Below are positions 1 to 12,154 of a stretch of 64,000 bases of DNA, piece after piece. The stretch comes from Antedon mediterranea (taxonomy: Eukaryota; Animalia; Echinodermata), in assembly GCF_964355755.1 (NCBI RefSeq), contig NC_092670.1, forward strand, positions 28,694,388 through 28,758,387, given 5' to 3'. Each line of letters opens with the position of its first letter. The first letter of the stretch is position 1. Both the position numbers and the translations under genes were made by a program. The notes under the pieces were generated by a model, which was not told the origin of the DNA, did not search any database, and saw only the letters and a program-made list of their open reading frames with translations.

Positions 1-683
1 TAAACATGAAAACAATAATAATAATAATAATAACTGGTACTTGATATAGCGCATTATGCTGAAAGCCTCAATGCGCTTTACAAAGACAGAAAAATTTAGA
101 AATTTACAAATTAAAAAGTGGGTTTTGAGGAGAGATTTGAAGACACTGGTGGAAGTAGCCTGACGGATTTCAATAGGCAACGCTTTCCATGGAGAAACGG
201 ATGCCGAAGAAAATGAACGATTTCCATAAAACTTAGTGGAAGGATGAAATATATGGGCAAGAAGAGACTCAGATCTAGATCTCAGAGACCGCTTAGGAAC
301 ATAAGGTTGAATAAGTTCAATTAATATTTCGTTACTAAATGGATAAAGAATAATATTTAAAAATTGTTCCTCTTTGCACCCATCCTCTTCCCCATCCCTC
401 AACCCTAATGTCACATACAAAACACAAATTAAGTTTGTTTAAATTTGACTTAAACAATTGGTTTCTCTTTCGGAAGTAATTCCCATGGTGCTAATTTTAG
501 TTGAGTACATAAATCACAGTGTCTATTTATTCGTTCCTGTAGGCTGTAAACGACATGTATTATTGTCCTGCGGTACGTACATTTGAAATCGCCAGTTTTT
601 TAACGCTGAAATTATTATGTATTCGAGAACCATCTGTGGGCACGACCTAGATGGTACGCGAACGAAGCGAGCGTACCATCTAG
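1..683 (+). mobile_element. Non-autonomous Helitron, family A, 3' portion
   Basis: Ends with the hairpin CTAGATGGTACGC-N11-GCGTACCATCTAG (647-683) and CTAG|T. The body matches 24938-25149 (direct) and 27445-27733 (inverted). Confidence 0.7.
14..318 (-). mobile_element. L2-type LINE 3' fragment inserted in a Helitron copy
   Basis: The minus strand reads ELIQPYVPKRSLRS...WKALPIEIRQATSTSVFKSLLKTHF, a typical L2/CR1 ORF2 C-terminus. It is followed by the AAGCGCATTGAG...TAATGCGCTATAT stem-loop and a (TTA)n tail. Confidence 0.8.
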
Positions 684-3600
684 TTTTTCATAATTTATCT
701 TAAGCCCTGAGGAGGATAAAGTCTAAAGTGGGCTTGATTGAATTGGAATCGTTTATATAGAATACTGTGTCGTCAGCAAATTGACTTATTTTAATGTTTA
801 CGTTATTATAGGATATACCTTCTATTTTTTCTGTTTGATGGACTGCATTGCCTAGGATTTCCGCCCATAGAATAAACAGGTGATAGAGGGCATCCTTGTC
901 GTAAACCACGACTAAGACTAAAAAATTCAGAAGAAAATCCGTTATTAATAACACCACTAAAAATATCATTATAGAGAAGTTTTATCCAATTTATACAATT
1001 ATTTTCAAATCCAAATTGTTCTAGTGCATAGTAAACAAAGTCCCATATTATTTTATCGAATGCTTTTTCAAAATCTACGAAAAAGGGTATATTCGTCGGA
1101 AGATTATTTCTTTGTGCCTGTTCAATAATGTCAAAGAGCAGTTTTATATTCTCGCCAATGTATCGTCCCTTAAGGAATCCAGTTTTATCAGGGCTAATCA
1201 CAGATGGTAATACTCCTTTTCGTCGTGTCGCAATGGTCTTGGAAATGATCTTATAATCGACGTTCAGTAATGAGATGGGACGCCAGTTTTTAGTCGCGTG
1301 GACGCGACTCTATAGTTCACTATGTCGGTCGGTCGGTCTGTCGGTCTGTCGGTCTGTCTGTCGGTCCGGTATCACTATGCGTTTTATCACGCGACTTATG
1401 GCTGTTGGCCTTGTTTAACAACATTGGCGATTTGTCTTTTTTGAGAATCAATGATATTACCCCACGCCTTTGTGAAATAGAAAGACTTCCTCTTTGAAAG
1501 GAGTATTTGAATGAATTTGTTAGGGTTTGGCTAATTTCAGTCCAAAAACATTTGTAAAATTCAGCTGAGAGACCGGTTCGGTTCCTGGTGTTTTATTGTT
1601 ATCCATTTCATTTAGGGCCTCAAAATAATCTTTTCCGGAGAATGGGAGTTCACATTTTGTTTTATCTTTGTTTAAGAAAGGCGTGTTGTAAGTCGTTATT
1701 TTCTTCAGAATTGTACAATGTTTGGTAAAAAAATGTTCTTTATTTAATATATGAAGTTTATTTTCCAATAGTTTTGGATCGGTAATTTCACCGTTCTCAA
1801 TAATAAGTTTTGTAATGTTTTTTTTAATTATAATTTCCACGTTCTAAATTTAGGAAGTATTTCGTATTTTTTTCACCTTCCTCCACATATTTGGCTCTTG
1901 ATATAATCATAGAACCACGTGTTTTAAATTCATAAAGTTGTTCAAGTTCATTTTTTTTAAATTTAATTTGTTCGTTTAGTGTTTGATCATTTTTATCGCA
2001 AAATTGCTCTTCTAAAATTTGTATTTCATTTTGTAATTGTTTAATGTTATTTTTTTTTCATTTTATTTTGTTTACTAGCAAATTTGATTGTTGTTCTTCT
2101 TAGGTTACATTTTGTCATTTTCCAAATAGTGTTAGGGTTATTTTCTGCACATTCTATCTTGGTGGTTTTTATTGTTTCTATAATATCCTTTTACGTAGTT
2201 AGGATCCTATAATAAACTAGTGTTTAGCTTCCAAAAACCAGGGCCTCTTTTCTGTATTAATCCATTTATTGAAAGTGATATTAATGAATGGTCAGTTTTA
2301 AAGCCTGATATAATTGCAGTGTCGTTTACGTGTGCCCATAGAGAGTATGAGATAAGAAAATAGTCAATTCTACAAAATATTGGTGGGGAGTGATTTGAGT
2401 GCCATGTAAATAATTGTTTCTTTGGGTTCTCTACTCTCCAAATATCAATTAAATCTAATTTGTCTATAACTTTATTAATTAGCTCGGTGCATTTTGGAAG
2501 TGTTTGTCCCTTGCCATGTTTTTTATCGAAAGACGAATTCAAAAGTGTATTAAAATCACCTCCAATGATAATAGGTTTTTTCCGAATTCCTCAATTTTGT
2601 CACATAAAAGTTCGAAAAAGTTACTGCCATTATTATTATTGGGTCCGTAAATGTTTGCAAATGGTAAATGATTTTTCCTTAATTGACATGTTTGCAATGA
2701 TTATTCTACCATTGTCATCCCGATAAATATTATCAAATTTGTATGTAGCATTCGGTTTAAAAAGTACACATTCTCCGGCAGAATTGGATGTGCCATTACT
2801 GAATAATATGTTGTGCCCCCATTATTTTCGCCATGCTTTTCCAATTCGCTTGTGCAGTGTCTTTCTTGTAGAAAATAAATGGAAAAAGAATGATCATGTA
2901 ACCAATTAAAAACCGTCCGACGCTTAAACGAGTTCCTTACATTCAAACTACATATTTCTACATTTGCCATAGTGACGTATGGTTGTTAAATATTATTTTT
3001 GGTTTACTTTCTTTATGATCAATACAATAATATAACAGCGTATTGCTTTAGGGTTAATACTCATGGCCAATATGAATACAATATATAATTATATACAATT
3101 CATACATTAAGGTAGTAATAACATACACATATAAAAGTGCAAAAAACATATATGGTTTTTAAAAAAAAGAAAAAAAAAGGTAGCCAGGCCTACATGGCTC
3201 GTTCTTTTACCGCTAAACAACAACTCCCACGAGTAAGCATTGTTCCATAATAAGAGAAAAAATAAACATACTATGCCTAGCCTACATATTTCCGGTACTT
3301 CACAAGTGAGCGTCATGTAATTATAATTAAGAAGATAATAACCTGTTTTGGTGTGGAATTTGAAATATGATGCATCATTAATAGCATTTACTGGATAAAG
3401 AAAAGAACTTTTATTTAGATAGTTATTAACCAAAATAACCACGGTGTATTCGGCAAATGCCTGCCCTGTCATTTTGTAGGCAAGAGTATTGTTATTCATG
3501 AACGCTATTTTATTGGTTCCTATATTGGTTGATTGATAATTAGCAATATTATCCAAATATGGTGTGTTTTTGCCATCGTTTACCATGTAATCGTCTTAGC

Positions 3601-5047
3601 TTATAACAAATCATTACAGTAATTTACAGTTAATAATCAATAATAATAAACATACTACATACATTTTTTAAGCAATGAATATCCCTGTTTCAAAGATACG
3701 TTGGTTGCGAACCATCGTATTCGTAGTGACGTTAGCCATACAACTCATTGAGTATGGTACAGTATGTGGGCATGTACAGCATTGTTCATGAGCATCGTTC
3801 CATTGGTTTCTATTGTTTGGTTATTTAGCATGTACAAAATATGGTAAACGTTGAGCTTGCCACTGCTTTACTGTACTGTTTAAATGGCTACCTGTATTGC
3901 TATGAAAATGACTGTTTTACTATTACTACCTCTAGCAGAAATAAAAAAACAAACATACACAATTTAACATACATTTGCAAAGTCATATAATGTCAGACTA
4001 GTGCAATACAATTATTGTTTTATAGGGCTTAGCAAAATTACTTGTTTCTCCTGTTTTAAATTATTGTTTATCTAACATATAGTTTAAAAAGTCATGTGTC
4101 TTGTACTTGATTACTGGTGGTACACTACAAGGGATAAAGGCACACTTTACGTCCGATCTTTGCCTAATTGTTTTTAAATGTTTTTCTGTTAGTGTTTGTC
4201 TTAGAAGTCTTGCCTTATGGGATACGTCATCGCTTATATAAATAGTGTTATTGTTTAGTGGATTGCCCTGTTTTCGCTGATTGGCTTAGAACAAATTGCC
4301 TGTCCACGTATCTTAACAGTTTACAGTGAATTGGTCTTGGTCTCCGCGATGATGAGCGCCTTGCGGGGGTTCTATGGGCTCGTTCCACTTCTATGTCGTC
4401 CCCATTCTCTAAATTCATGTGCGAAGTGATAACAATTCTACAAATTCCTTGCACGATAAATTGCCTCCCTTCTTGTAATCTTCTGGTACGTTATGAATGA
4501 TTATATTATTCCTCCTCGATCTATTTTCGAGATCGTCTACTTTCATTTCTAGATAGGTAATAGTATCTATTAAGTTTCATTAACTGACTTACATTTGTTT
4601 TTATTGTCCTCCACTGATTTTTCCATGAATTCTAGCGATCGTGTTATCTCTGTGATTGCTCCTGTGGTTTTTTCGCCTTTTCCTCAATTTTGGTCACCTT
4701 ACCCTCTAGCTTATTGACTCGTTGATCCATCGACTCCAGTTTGTTGAGCATTAAGTCAAGTTTTGAAGAGAGTAAGAGAGAGAGCCGCACCCAGATTTTT
4801 TCAGCTCCGAATCTGACCCTTAACTGTCTTGGCTAGGGGTGAACCTCAGATGATAGGTTATTTTTTTCCTTTTCAGCTTTCGATTTTTCCATATTCAAAG
4901 GAGAGTTTTACTTTCAGTGTAAAAAATATGTATATACGACACTGAATTAGTTGTTTTTGAACGGAGCGCTAAAAAATGTGATGGTTTGTGTGTAAATTTC
5001 AGGAGCTACAAGTATACACGTCTTTACTGCACCGTAGCTTAGCACCC
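684..5047 (-). mobile_element. Degenerate L1/Tx1-clade non-LTR retrotransposon
   Basis: ORF1 remnants at ~4070-4892 (LENRSRRNNII, IEVERAHR..RPRPIHCKLLRY). ORF2 APE endonuclease from 2970 (SLNVR, FLQE, DLIDIWR..FTW..RIDYFLIS..TDH..GPGFWKLN). RT motifs NWRPISLLNVDYK, DFEKAFD, RQGCPLSP, QFADDT, SGLxINYEK. Many frameshifts; interrupted at 683 by the Helitron. Confidence 0.92.
1287..1416 (+). mobile_element. Helentron-associated non-autonomous element (DINE-1/HINE-like)
   Basis: Starts TTTTTAGTCGCGTG, has subterminal inverted repeats AGTCGCGTG (1292-1300) and CACGCGACT (1388-1396), an internal (GTCG/GTCT)n microsatellite, and ends CCTTGTTT. It sits in a T-run; removing it restores the RT reading KSPMLLKNWRPISLL. 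Confidence 0.8.
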
Positions 5048-5372
5048 TCCTCTTTTATCCATATCTCAGCATTCCACCGCTCATAGTCGGCTTGGCATTT
5101 TTCACGCTCCAATTCCAGTTGCAGTTTAAGTTTTCTAAAATCGAGTGCCGCATCAAAATGGTTAAAAACGTCTCCAATGCGAGTTGAAGACGTTTTTACT
5201 CTTTAATGTTTATGCGTGAAAAAGTTTGATCGAAATGCTCAAAATGGTTTAAAACGTTTCCAAATGCGATTTTAAGCTATTCTGTGCACTTTAATGTTTT
5301 TGTGTCGGAAAGATTTTTTCGAAATGCTCAAAATGGTCTAAGACGGTTTCAAGTGTGATTTTAAGCACTTTG

Positions 5373-5990
5373 TTCAAGTTCAAAAAACATTTATTTATTG
5401 AACAATGGCATTATACAGTATAATATAATTATAGGTGTGTACATAAATGAAAACATAGTAATAAGCCATCATTTGGGGTCTTCTCTAGAAGAAAACAAGT
5501 TTCTTGTCTCGAGAAAGACCCCAGAAACAATACACATACATTTAAACTAATACAATTTACTACATAAAATAATAAATAAAAACAAAAACGATGAAATAAA
5601 AATAGATACTTTCAGTGTACTACAATCATAATAATATTAATATTAGTATAAAGAAATAAGATATTTTTTTAAATTTTTACGAAAAGTATAAAGAGATTTA
5701 AAATGCTTTATTTTATCATCAAGATCATTCCAGATTCGCGGTCCTGAAACAGAAACAAAATATTCGGAAATTTTCAGTCTAAAAGGAGGTACATCAAGAT
5801 GCTGAAATTTATTGTCGATACGTAAATAGTACTTGTGTGATTTTGTATGATGACTTAATAGATTAGACATTGTCACAGGGAGTTTGGTATTAAAGAATTG
5901 AAAAATAAAGGAAGCAATTTGTGTTGTAAATAGATCATGTAGACTAAGAATATTGAGTTTTTTAAGTAAAGGTTGGGAAGGGGCATCGAA
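5373..5990 (-). mobile_element. CR1/L2-group LINE 3' fragment inserted in satellite
   Basis: ORF 5643-5996 (PSQPLLKKLNILSL..GPRIWNDL..FRKNLKKYL) is a LINE ORF2 C-terminus. The 3' UTR has a GGGGTCTT...AAGACCCC hairpin, AATAAA and a TTGAAC-repeat tail. Confidence 0.8.
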
Positions 5991-7509
5991 ATGCACAAAA
6001 TGATCTAAAACGTCTCAAAATGCGATTTGAGGCTATTCTAAGCACTTTGATGTTTCGTTTGAAAAAGTTTGATCGAAATGCTCGAAATGGTCTAAAACGT
6101 TTCAAAATGCGATTTTAAGCGATTCTGTGCACTTTGATGTTTTTGTGTGAACAATTTTTGTCGAGATACTAAAGATGATCTAAACCATAATATTCAAATG
6201 CGCTTTTAAGCTATTTTGTGCACTTTGAAGTTTTTGTGGGAAAAAGTTTTATCGAAATGCTCAAAATGGTCTAAAACGTTTCCAAATACGATATTAAGCT
6301 ATTCTGTACTTTTGTGTGAAATAGTTTTGGCGAAATGATCAAAGTGGTTAAAAACGTTTCTAAATGCGTTTTTAAGCTATTTTGTGCACTTTAATGATTT
6401 TGTGTTTCAAAAGTTTCACCGAAATGCAAAAATATGGTCTAAACGTCTCCAAATGCAATTTGAAGCTATTCTAAGCACTTTGATGTTTTGTGTGACCAAG
6501 TTTCATCGAAATGCACAAAATGGTCTAAAACGTCTGAGGCTATTCAAAGAACTTTGGTGTTTACATGTGAAAAAGTTTTTGTCGAAATACTAAAGATGGT
6601 CTAAAACATGTTCAAATGCGATTTTTAGCTATTTTGTGCACTTTGATGTTATTGTGTGAAAAAGTTTTGTCGAAATGACCAAAAATGGTTTAAAACGTCT
6701 CCAATTGCGATTTGAAGACTTTTTGCTCTTAATGTTTTTGAGTGAAAAAGTTTAATCGAAATGCTCGAAGTGGTCTAAAATGTTCCAAAATGCGATTTTG
6801 AGCGATTCTGTGCACATTAATGCTTTGTATGAACAATTTTTGTCGAAATACTAAAGATGGTCTAAAACGCCATTCCGCAACCTATGTTTGGGTCGCGAAA
6901 AAAAATGGATGGGTCGCGATACTGAAACTTCTTATCAATTATACACTTATCTATATGTGAAATGTTCTCAGTTTTGTAGAATCTACAAAAAGGATTACAT
7001 TTTACAATTACAGTTTTCCCTGTGTTGACGTGCGGCGAGTCCGTAGCCTAGCGACGGGGCAATGGACGCTTTTGATGCATAGTTCGTTATTAATATACAG
7101 GTGGGAATCCCCTTTTAGGACGTGGATTTAATAACCTACCAACTGGTTCTACGACGCTATTTTTCTGTAGTTTGCAAAGGAGTGTGTAACTTGACTGAAC
7201 AACTGCGAACTTTTACAATGAACATTAGAATAATAGAAAGAACGCAAATGTGTTTACCGGTGGAAAAAATAGCTGGCTACGATCGTTTTGCCGATTGCGA
7301 GCGCGCTATTATTATAGTGTCATTTCCGACCAACTAGATATTTTTACGTGCGAGAGTACAATATCCAGCCAGGGGTGTCAGTTAACAAAATTCGCTTTGT
7401 CACAGACCCAACCATGGGTAATTTGTGCATTTTTGATGTGCTGGCAACAGGCTGCGGGTGGCAAAATGCCTATGGCTCCATTAATAGATTACTATAACAA
7501 TACAATAAT

Positions 7510-7912
7510 GTTCAACCTTATGGTGTAGATATAATAAGAGCACTCTGAGATCACTGAAAGTATGTTATAATAATGCCTTACGTTTGCTGCTGAAGCAGCC
7601 TAGAAATTGTAGTGCAAGCATGATGTCTGTCTTAAATGACGTCCCATGCTTTGATGAGTTCATTAGAAAATCTCTTTTTAGTTTTAAAAATCGTGTGAAG
7701 AAGTAGTAATTCTTTGATCAAGGCCATTAATCGCCACATTCTTAATGTGTCAAGAATGCACATACAATGGAATGCCTAGTTGCATTGACTTTATATATTT
7801 ATATATATTTGTTTTTGTTCTATGAGGTCTTAGATTAAGATTATTTTCTCTCTTTTGCTATGGATATATCATGTCACCATGATATTCTGAAATAAAAAGA
7901 TGAATGAATGAT
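7510..7912 (+). mobile_element. RTE-X-like LINE 3' fragment
   Basis: Reads LWCRYNKSTLRSLKVCYNNALRLLLKQPRNCSASMMSVLNDVPCFDEFIRK, resembling RTE-X ORF2 C-termini, then AATAAA and a (GAAT)n tail at ~7890-7911. Confidence 0.65.
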
Positions 7913-8092
7913 ATTATTTTCGGATACAAAAACTCAACTAAGTTACACACTCGGATGTCATAAAAGTATTGAGATGTGTGGTTATAAACCTGATGTGAAA
8001 ATTATGGTTTTCTTGGTTAGTAGTTCTAAGTTGATCATAGACATTCCAACCCATGGTATTAAAAAACGAGATATCGATTTTGAAAGTGGGAT

Positions 8093-8408
8093 GGTGTAAG
8101 TGAGTGGCCGAGCGGTTAAGACAGTGGAACCGTAATTACGTAGCCATAACATCGGCAGGGGTTCAAGGCTCACTCACTCCATGGTTGTGGTGGTAGAACG
8201 AGTCTTCTCGGATAAAGACTATAAACCGTAGGTCCAGTGTACACATCTAGCTCGTGTGCACTTTAAAGAACCTAGTACATCTTTCGAGACGAGTAGGGGG
8301 TTACCCCGGTGTATTAGTACATCACGGCCACTGATCACCAACTGGGCCCTCCGGGAGACCAGTCTTTGACTGAAGAGGTTACCCAGTATAAATATAAATT
8401 TCAATCAA
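8093..8408 (+). mobile_element. tRNA-derived SINE with Deu (Nin) central domain
   Basis: Pol III A box TGGCCGAGCGG (8105) and B box GGTTCAAGGCT (8160). Deu-like core GGATAAAGACTATAAACCGTAGGTCC...TAAAGAACC...GAGTAGGGGGTTACCCCGGTGT. TCAA tail and TSD TGGGAT (8087-8092 / 8409-8414). Confidence 0.85.
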
Positions 8409-8605
8409 TGGGATATAAAGCCGTTGGTCCTGTGTACATACAGTAGAGTGCACGTTAAAGAACTTGTTCAATTTTTACAAAGAGTAGGGGATCATCTCCT
8501 GGTGTTCTGATCTGGTAGGCGCTGTACTGATGGCTGCCGTGGGTCCACGGAGGGCCTAATCGGAGTTTCGTTTCCAGTTAAGCTTGAGGACGAGAGCACG
8601 TTGAG
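8409..8605 (+). mobile_element. Older Deu-domain SINE remnant, target of the younger SINE
   Basis: Second Deu-like core: GGATATAAAGCCGTTGGTCC...GTGCACGTTAAAGAAC...AGAGTAGGGGATCATCTCCTGGTGTTCTG. Confidence 0.65.
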
Positions 8606-10254
8606 TTTTATCAAAATGCTCGAAATGGTCTAAAACATGTTAAAATGCGATTTTAAGGTATTTTGTTAACTTTGATGTTTTCGTGACCATACTGCCTGTA
8701 CTCCCAGTTAATTGTATAGTTAACTGTATATTAAATGATATTATTTTGCAACCCACGTTTGAGCAATTGAATATGGCAGCTTGCATGTGCAATTGTGAAC
8801 AAAGTATACTAAATGAAGTTGAATAGATTGTCCTATTGTGAGTCTAGAGTATTGAAAATGAGAGCAAATTGTATAGACAAAAAGAATCCAATGTTCTTAT
8901 CTAATTGAGTACTTTAAAGAAGTCTTCCACACATTTAGCAATAATGTGTACTGATGAAATCCATTCCCAGTTTTTTTTTTGGAAAGTTAGTGTTTGCTGT
9001 TGCATAACAATTTCATGTTGTTACATTTCTCTTAAAAAGTGCCTTAAAACTGAGGAATGCTTCATACTAATATTGCCATAGCACGAACCACGACTGAAGG
9101 GGATTTATCAAGGGACTGAAGATGTCTGTCCTCCAGACCTAAGTAATCCTTGGTCCGTCTAGCTTTGTGGTTCTCAAAGATTTTCAAATAAAAAAAAAGA
9201 AGAAATCGACCATAGACAGTAATCATCTTAAAGGTCAAAGCCAAAACTGCGTACTCTCTGGCATTTTTGGATGAAATTTTTCATAAAACTAAAATAGTAA
9301 CATATATATTCTGAAAAATTTGACACCAAAATAAACTGTCTGTGACAACTATTTACTGAGATATGGCAATTCCTTAAAATATGGGTCAAATGTTAAAACT
9401 GGTACTTCCGGTCATTTTTTTTTCAAAATACTTAATTGAAGTTGGTGCTTTTGGAAAAAAGTGAACCAAAATATCCCTAACAGGCTCCTAACTATACATC
9501 TTTCTCAAACTTTTCCCTTTGAGAAAAATGGCAGCCATTTTGAAGTATATTTACCATCTTGAATTTTTAAAAGTTGAACAATTTATTTGTATTGCAGTAT
9601 CTCCAACGATAGTTTCTTGCAAAATATATATTTTAATGACTGTTGTTGAACAAATATTTGCCAAAATCGGATGCTTTAATAATGATATTAATTGGGTGTA
9701 AAAATGAGAGAAAACGGCCATTTTAGTTTTATGCAATTTAGCAATTTTTCTTCATCTCCATTTTTTATATGTTGTTCAGATTGTCGTAGGAAGTACCTAC
9801 AACAAAAATAAATTCGGTTTTAATTTTGTCTAGGTCAAACCGTAGTTTGACCGGACTATATGAAAAAGTTTCGTCGAAATACTCAAATTTTTAAGCGATT
9901 TTTGTATGAACAATTTTTTTCGAAATACTAAAGATGGTCTAAAACATGTTCGAATGCGATTTTAAGCTATTTTGTGCACTTTGATGTTTTTGTGTGAAAA
10001 AGTTTTGTCTAAATAATCAAAATGGTTAAAAACGTCTCCAAATGCGATTTGAAGACGTTTTTGCTCTTTAATGTTTTTGTGTGAAAAAGTTTTATCGAAA
10101 TGTTTGAAATGGTCTAAAACGTTTCAAAATGGGATTTTAAGCGATTCTGTGCACTTTGATGTTTGTGTATAAACATTTGATGTCGAAATACTAAAGATGG
10201 TCAAAAACATGTTCAAATGCGATTTTAAGCTATTTCGTGCACTTTGATGTTTTT

Positions 10255-10375
10255 GTTTTTTTTTCTCTTTTGTGGCGTTAACCACTATTTATTCATTTCA
10301 TTTCATCAACAGATTAATACAATTATTTCTAATAATAATAATAACTATTCATTGTTATTCTTACTTTTGTTTGGT

Positions 10376-10408
<33 letters not shown>

Positions 10409-11215
10409 ATTTATTTTATCAACGTTACTGTTCTTGGAATCAGAGCATTATTTCTTTTCTGTTATTCACCTTTTTTCATAATTTTCTAGTATTTTTTTTT
10501 GTTCTATAATTCTCAACATCTAGCATTGTGAACACTTAACTAATAAATGTACTGTAGGAGATACATTTGCTAATGTTGTATAGTTATTTTCGGTAGTATT
10601 TTTGACATAAAATTCATTTATACCCTATATACAGATTATATACATTATTTTAAAATACGAATATAAAAAAAAAAAACAAAAACAAAAATATTAAAAATGC
10701 TTTTCTTACTCCTGTGTCTAGTTTTATGTCTCATGGTTATATTTGTTTGCTTATCTTCTCGTGCGTTACTTATGTTGCATTACGTTTCTTTTTTGTTTTC
10801 AATATTAATTTATACAATTTTTTTTTTTTTATTTATATTTCATATAAGATAAAATGAAACTGCCTATGTGTATTATACAACATTATTATGTAATATATTT
10901 TAAATAATCAGATTCACATCAATATAAATTATAATAGGTGATTAAGGTAAGATCTTTTGTTTTTTCCGCCATAAAAAGACGAGACAATGATCCGGTCCAT
11001 TTGTTTACATTTTTCAAAGTATGTGCCTTGTAAACGCAGAAGCATCCAATAGAGAACATGTGATCTACATATTTGTTTCCTGTACCTAGTACAATGTTTC
11101 GATAATTTGCCTCGATCCCAAATTTGTGCATGGTGTAAACGTTAATATATTCCCATAAGGGTTTTACTTCAGTGCATTTATAAAAGAAATGGGCATCATC
11201 CTCTACTACGTTGCA
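10255..11215 (-). mobile_element. 5'-truncated L1/Tx1 3' fragment inserted in satellite
   Basis: Cys/His C-terminal motif CNVVEDDAHFFYKCTEVKPLW, long A-rich 3' UTR and A-tail, TSD TTGATGTTTT (10244-10253 / 11216-11225). Confidence 0.75.
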
Positions 11216-11722
11216 TTGATGTTTTGTATGAAAAAGTTTTATCGAAATGCTCAAAATGGTCTAAAACGTTTCCAAATACGATATTAAGCTATTCTGTACA
11301 CTTTGATGTTTTGTGTAAAAAAGTTTCGTCGAAATGCTCAAAATGGTCTAAAACGTTTCCAAATACGATAATAAGCTATTCTGTACACTTTGATGTTTTG
11401 TGTGAAAAAGTTTTGTTGAAATGCTCAAAATGGTCTAACACGTTTCCAAATGCGATTTTAGGCTATTCTGTGCACACTTGTTTATCCATTGACTATAACT
11501 TTCGGATGATCATTATTATTAAATTTTTTAGTTAAAGGTGTATTGTCCCTTGAAAAAAAAATGATAAAAAACATATTCTAAATTTTAATTGGCCATATCA
11601 AAGTAATATTAAAGTTATTCACTTTAAATCGAAAATTTGAGGTAAAAACAACAAGTTTACGTACTTAATTTTTTAAGTAAAGATTCATTTTGTGGGATAA
11701 TCTCCTATTTTAGAATTTTATA

Positions 11723-11814
11723 CAGTAGACTCTCCCAATACCGGAAACCCTCTCAAAACCAGACTATTCTTAATGCCCAAGCTCAAAGGTGTCCAGTAGT
11801 GGGATAGTTAACTG
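11723..11814. mobile_element. Small Tc1/mariner (pogo/Tigger-like) MITE
   Basis: TA|CAGTAGACTCTCCCA...TGGGATAGTTAACTG|TA: imperfect TIRs with a TA duplication. Confidence 0.55.
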
Positions 11815-12154
11815 TAGTACTGTATTAATAAAAATAAAGAAAAATATGTGGGTTACCGTTCATTCTGAGTAACAATACTAGATTTAAACAAGAGCAAACA
11901 GAGATTACACACCTCCGACCAGAGCTAACTTCCAAAATAAATTAAAAATGATTGGGATCCGGATCTGGATTGCCTCATTACAATCATTTGTAGCTATATA
12001 AATTTCAGTCATTTAAAAAAAGATCCATTTAAAATTAGTAAATATTAAAAAGTGGTCGAGAATTGAGATCTTTGTCCAGATTTCCCTCAAAATTGAATGG
12101 AGTTGTTTGTGACCATCTATCAGTGGTTTAAATGTGGTTAATATCCGTCTTTTA

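Larger units (their letters stand above)
5152..11478 (-). repeat. Diverged, fragmented block of the 88-bp satellite in inverted orientation (segments ~5152-5372, 5986-6869, 8606-8686, 9862-10254, 11216-11478)
   Basis: Repeated AAATGGTCTAAAACGTxTCCAAATGCGATTT..AGCTATTCT..GCACTTTGATGTTTT, which is the reverse complement of the monomer at 34757-56350. Confidence 0.92.

Noticed and set aside
3107-3586. 159-aa ORF
   Set aside because: It lies in the AT-rich ORF1-ORF2 spacer of the Tx1 element, has low-complexity composition and no recognisable motif.
5048-5151. Coiled-coil gag-like fragment (minus: LKLQLELEREKCQ)
   Set aside because: Too short and compositionally generic to assign.
8095-8180. 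tRNA gene
   Set aside because: A and B boxes are present but there is no convincing cloverleaf, and the sequence continues into a Deu domain, tail and TSD, so it is a SINE head.
9228-9860. Kolobok-like MITE starting TTAAAGG (similar start at 11532)
   Set aside because: No convincing matching right TIR with TTAA was found.
6384-11535. ORFs at 6384 and 11224 (likewise 46964 and 51162)
   Set aside because: Chance open frames through satellite monomers.
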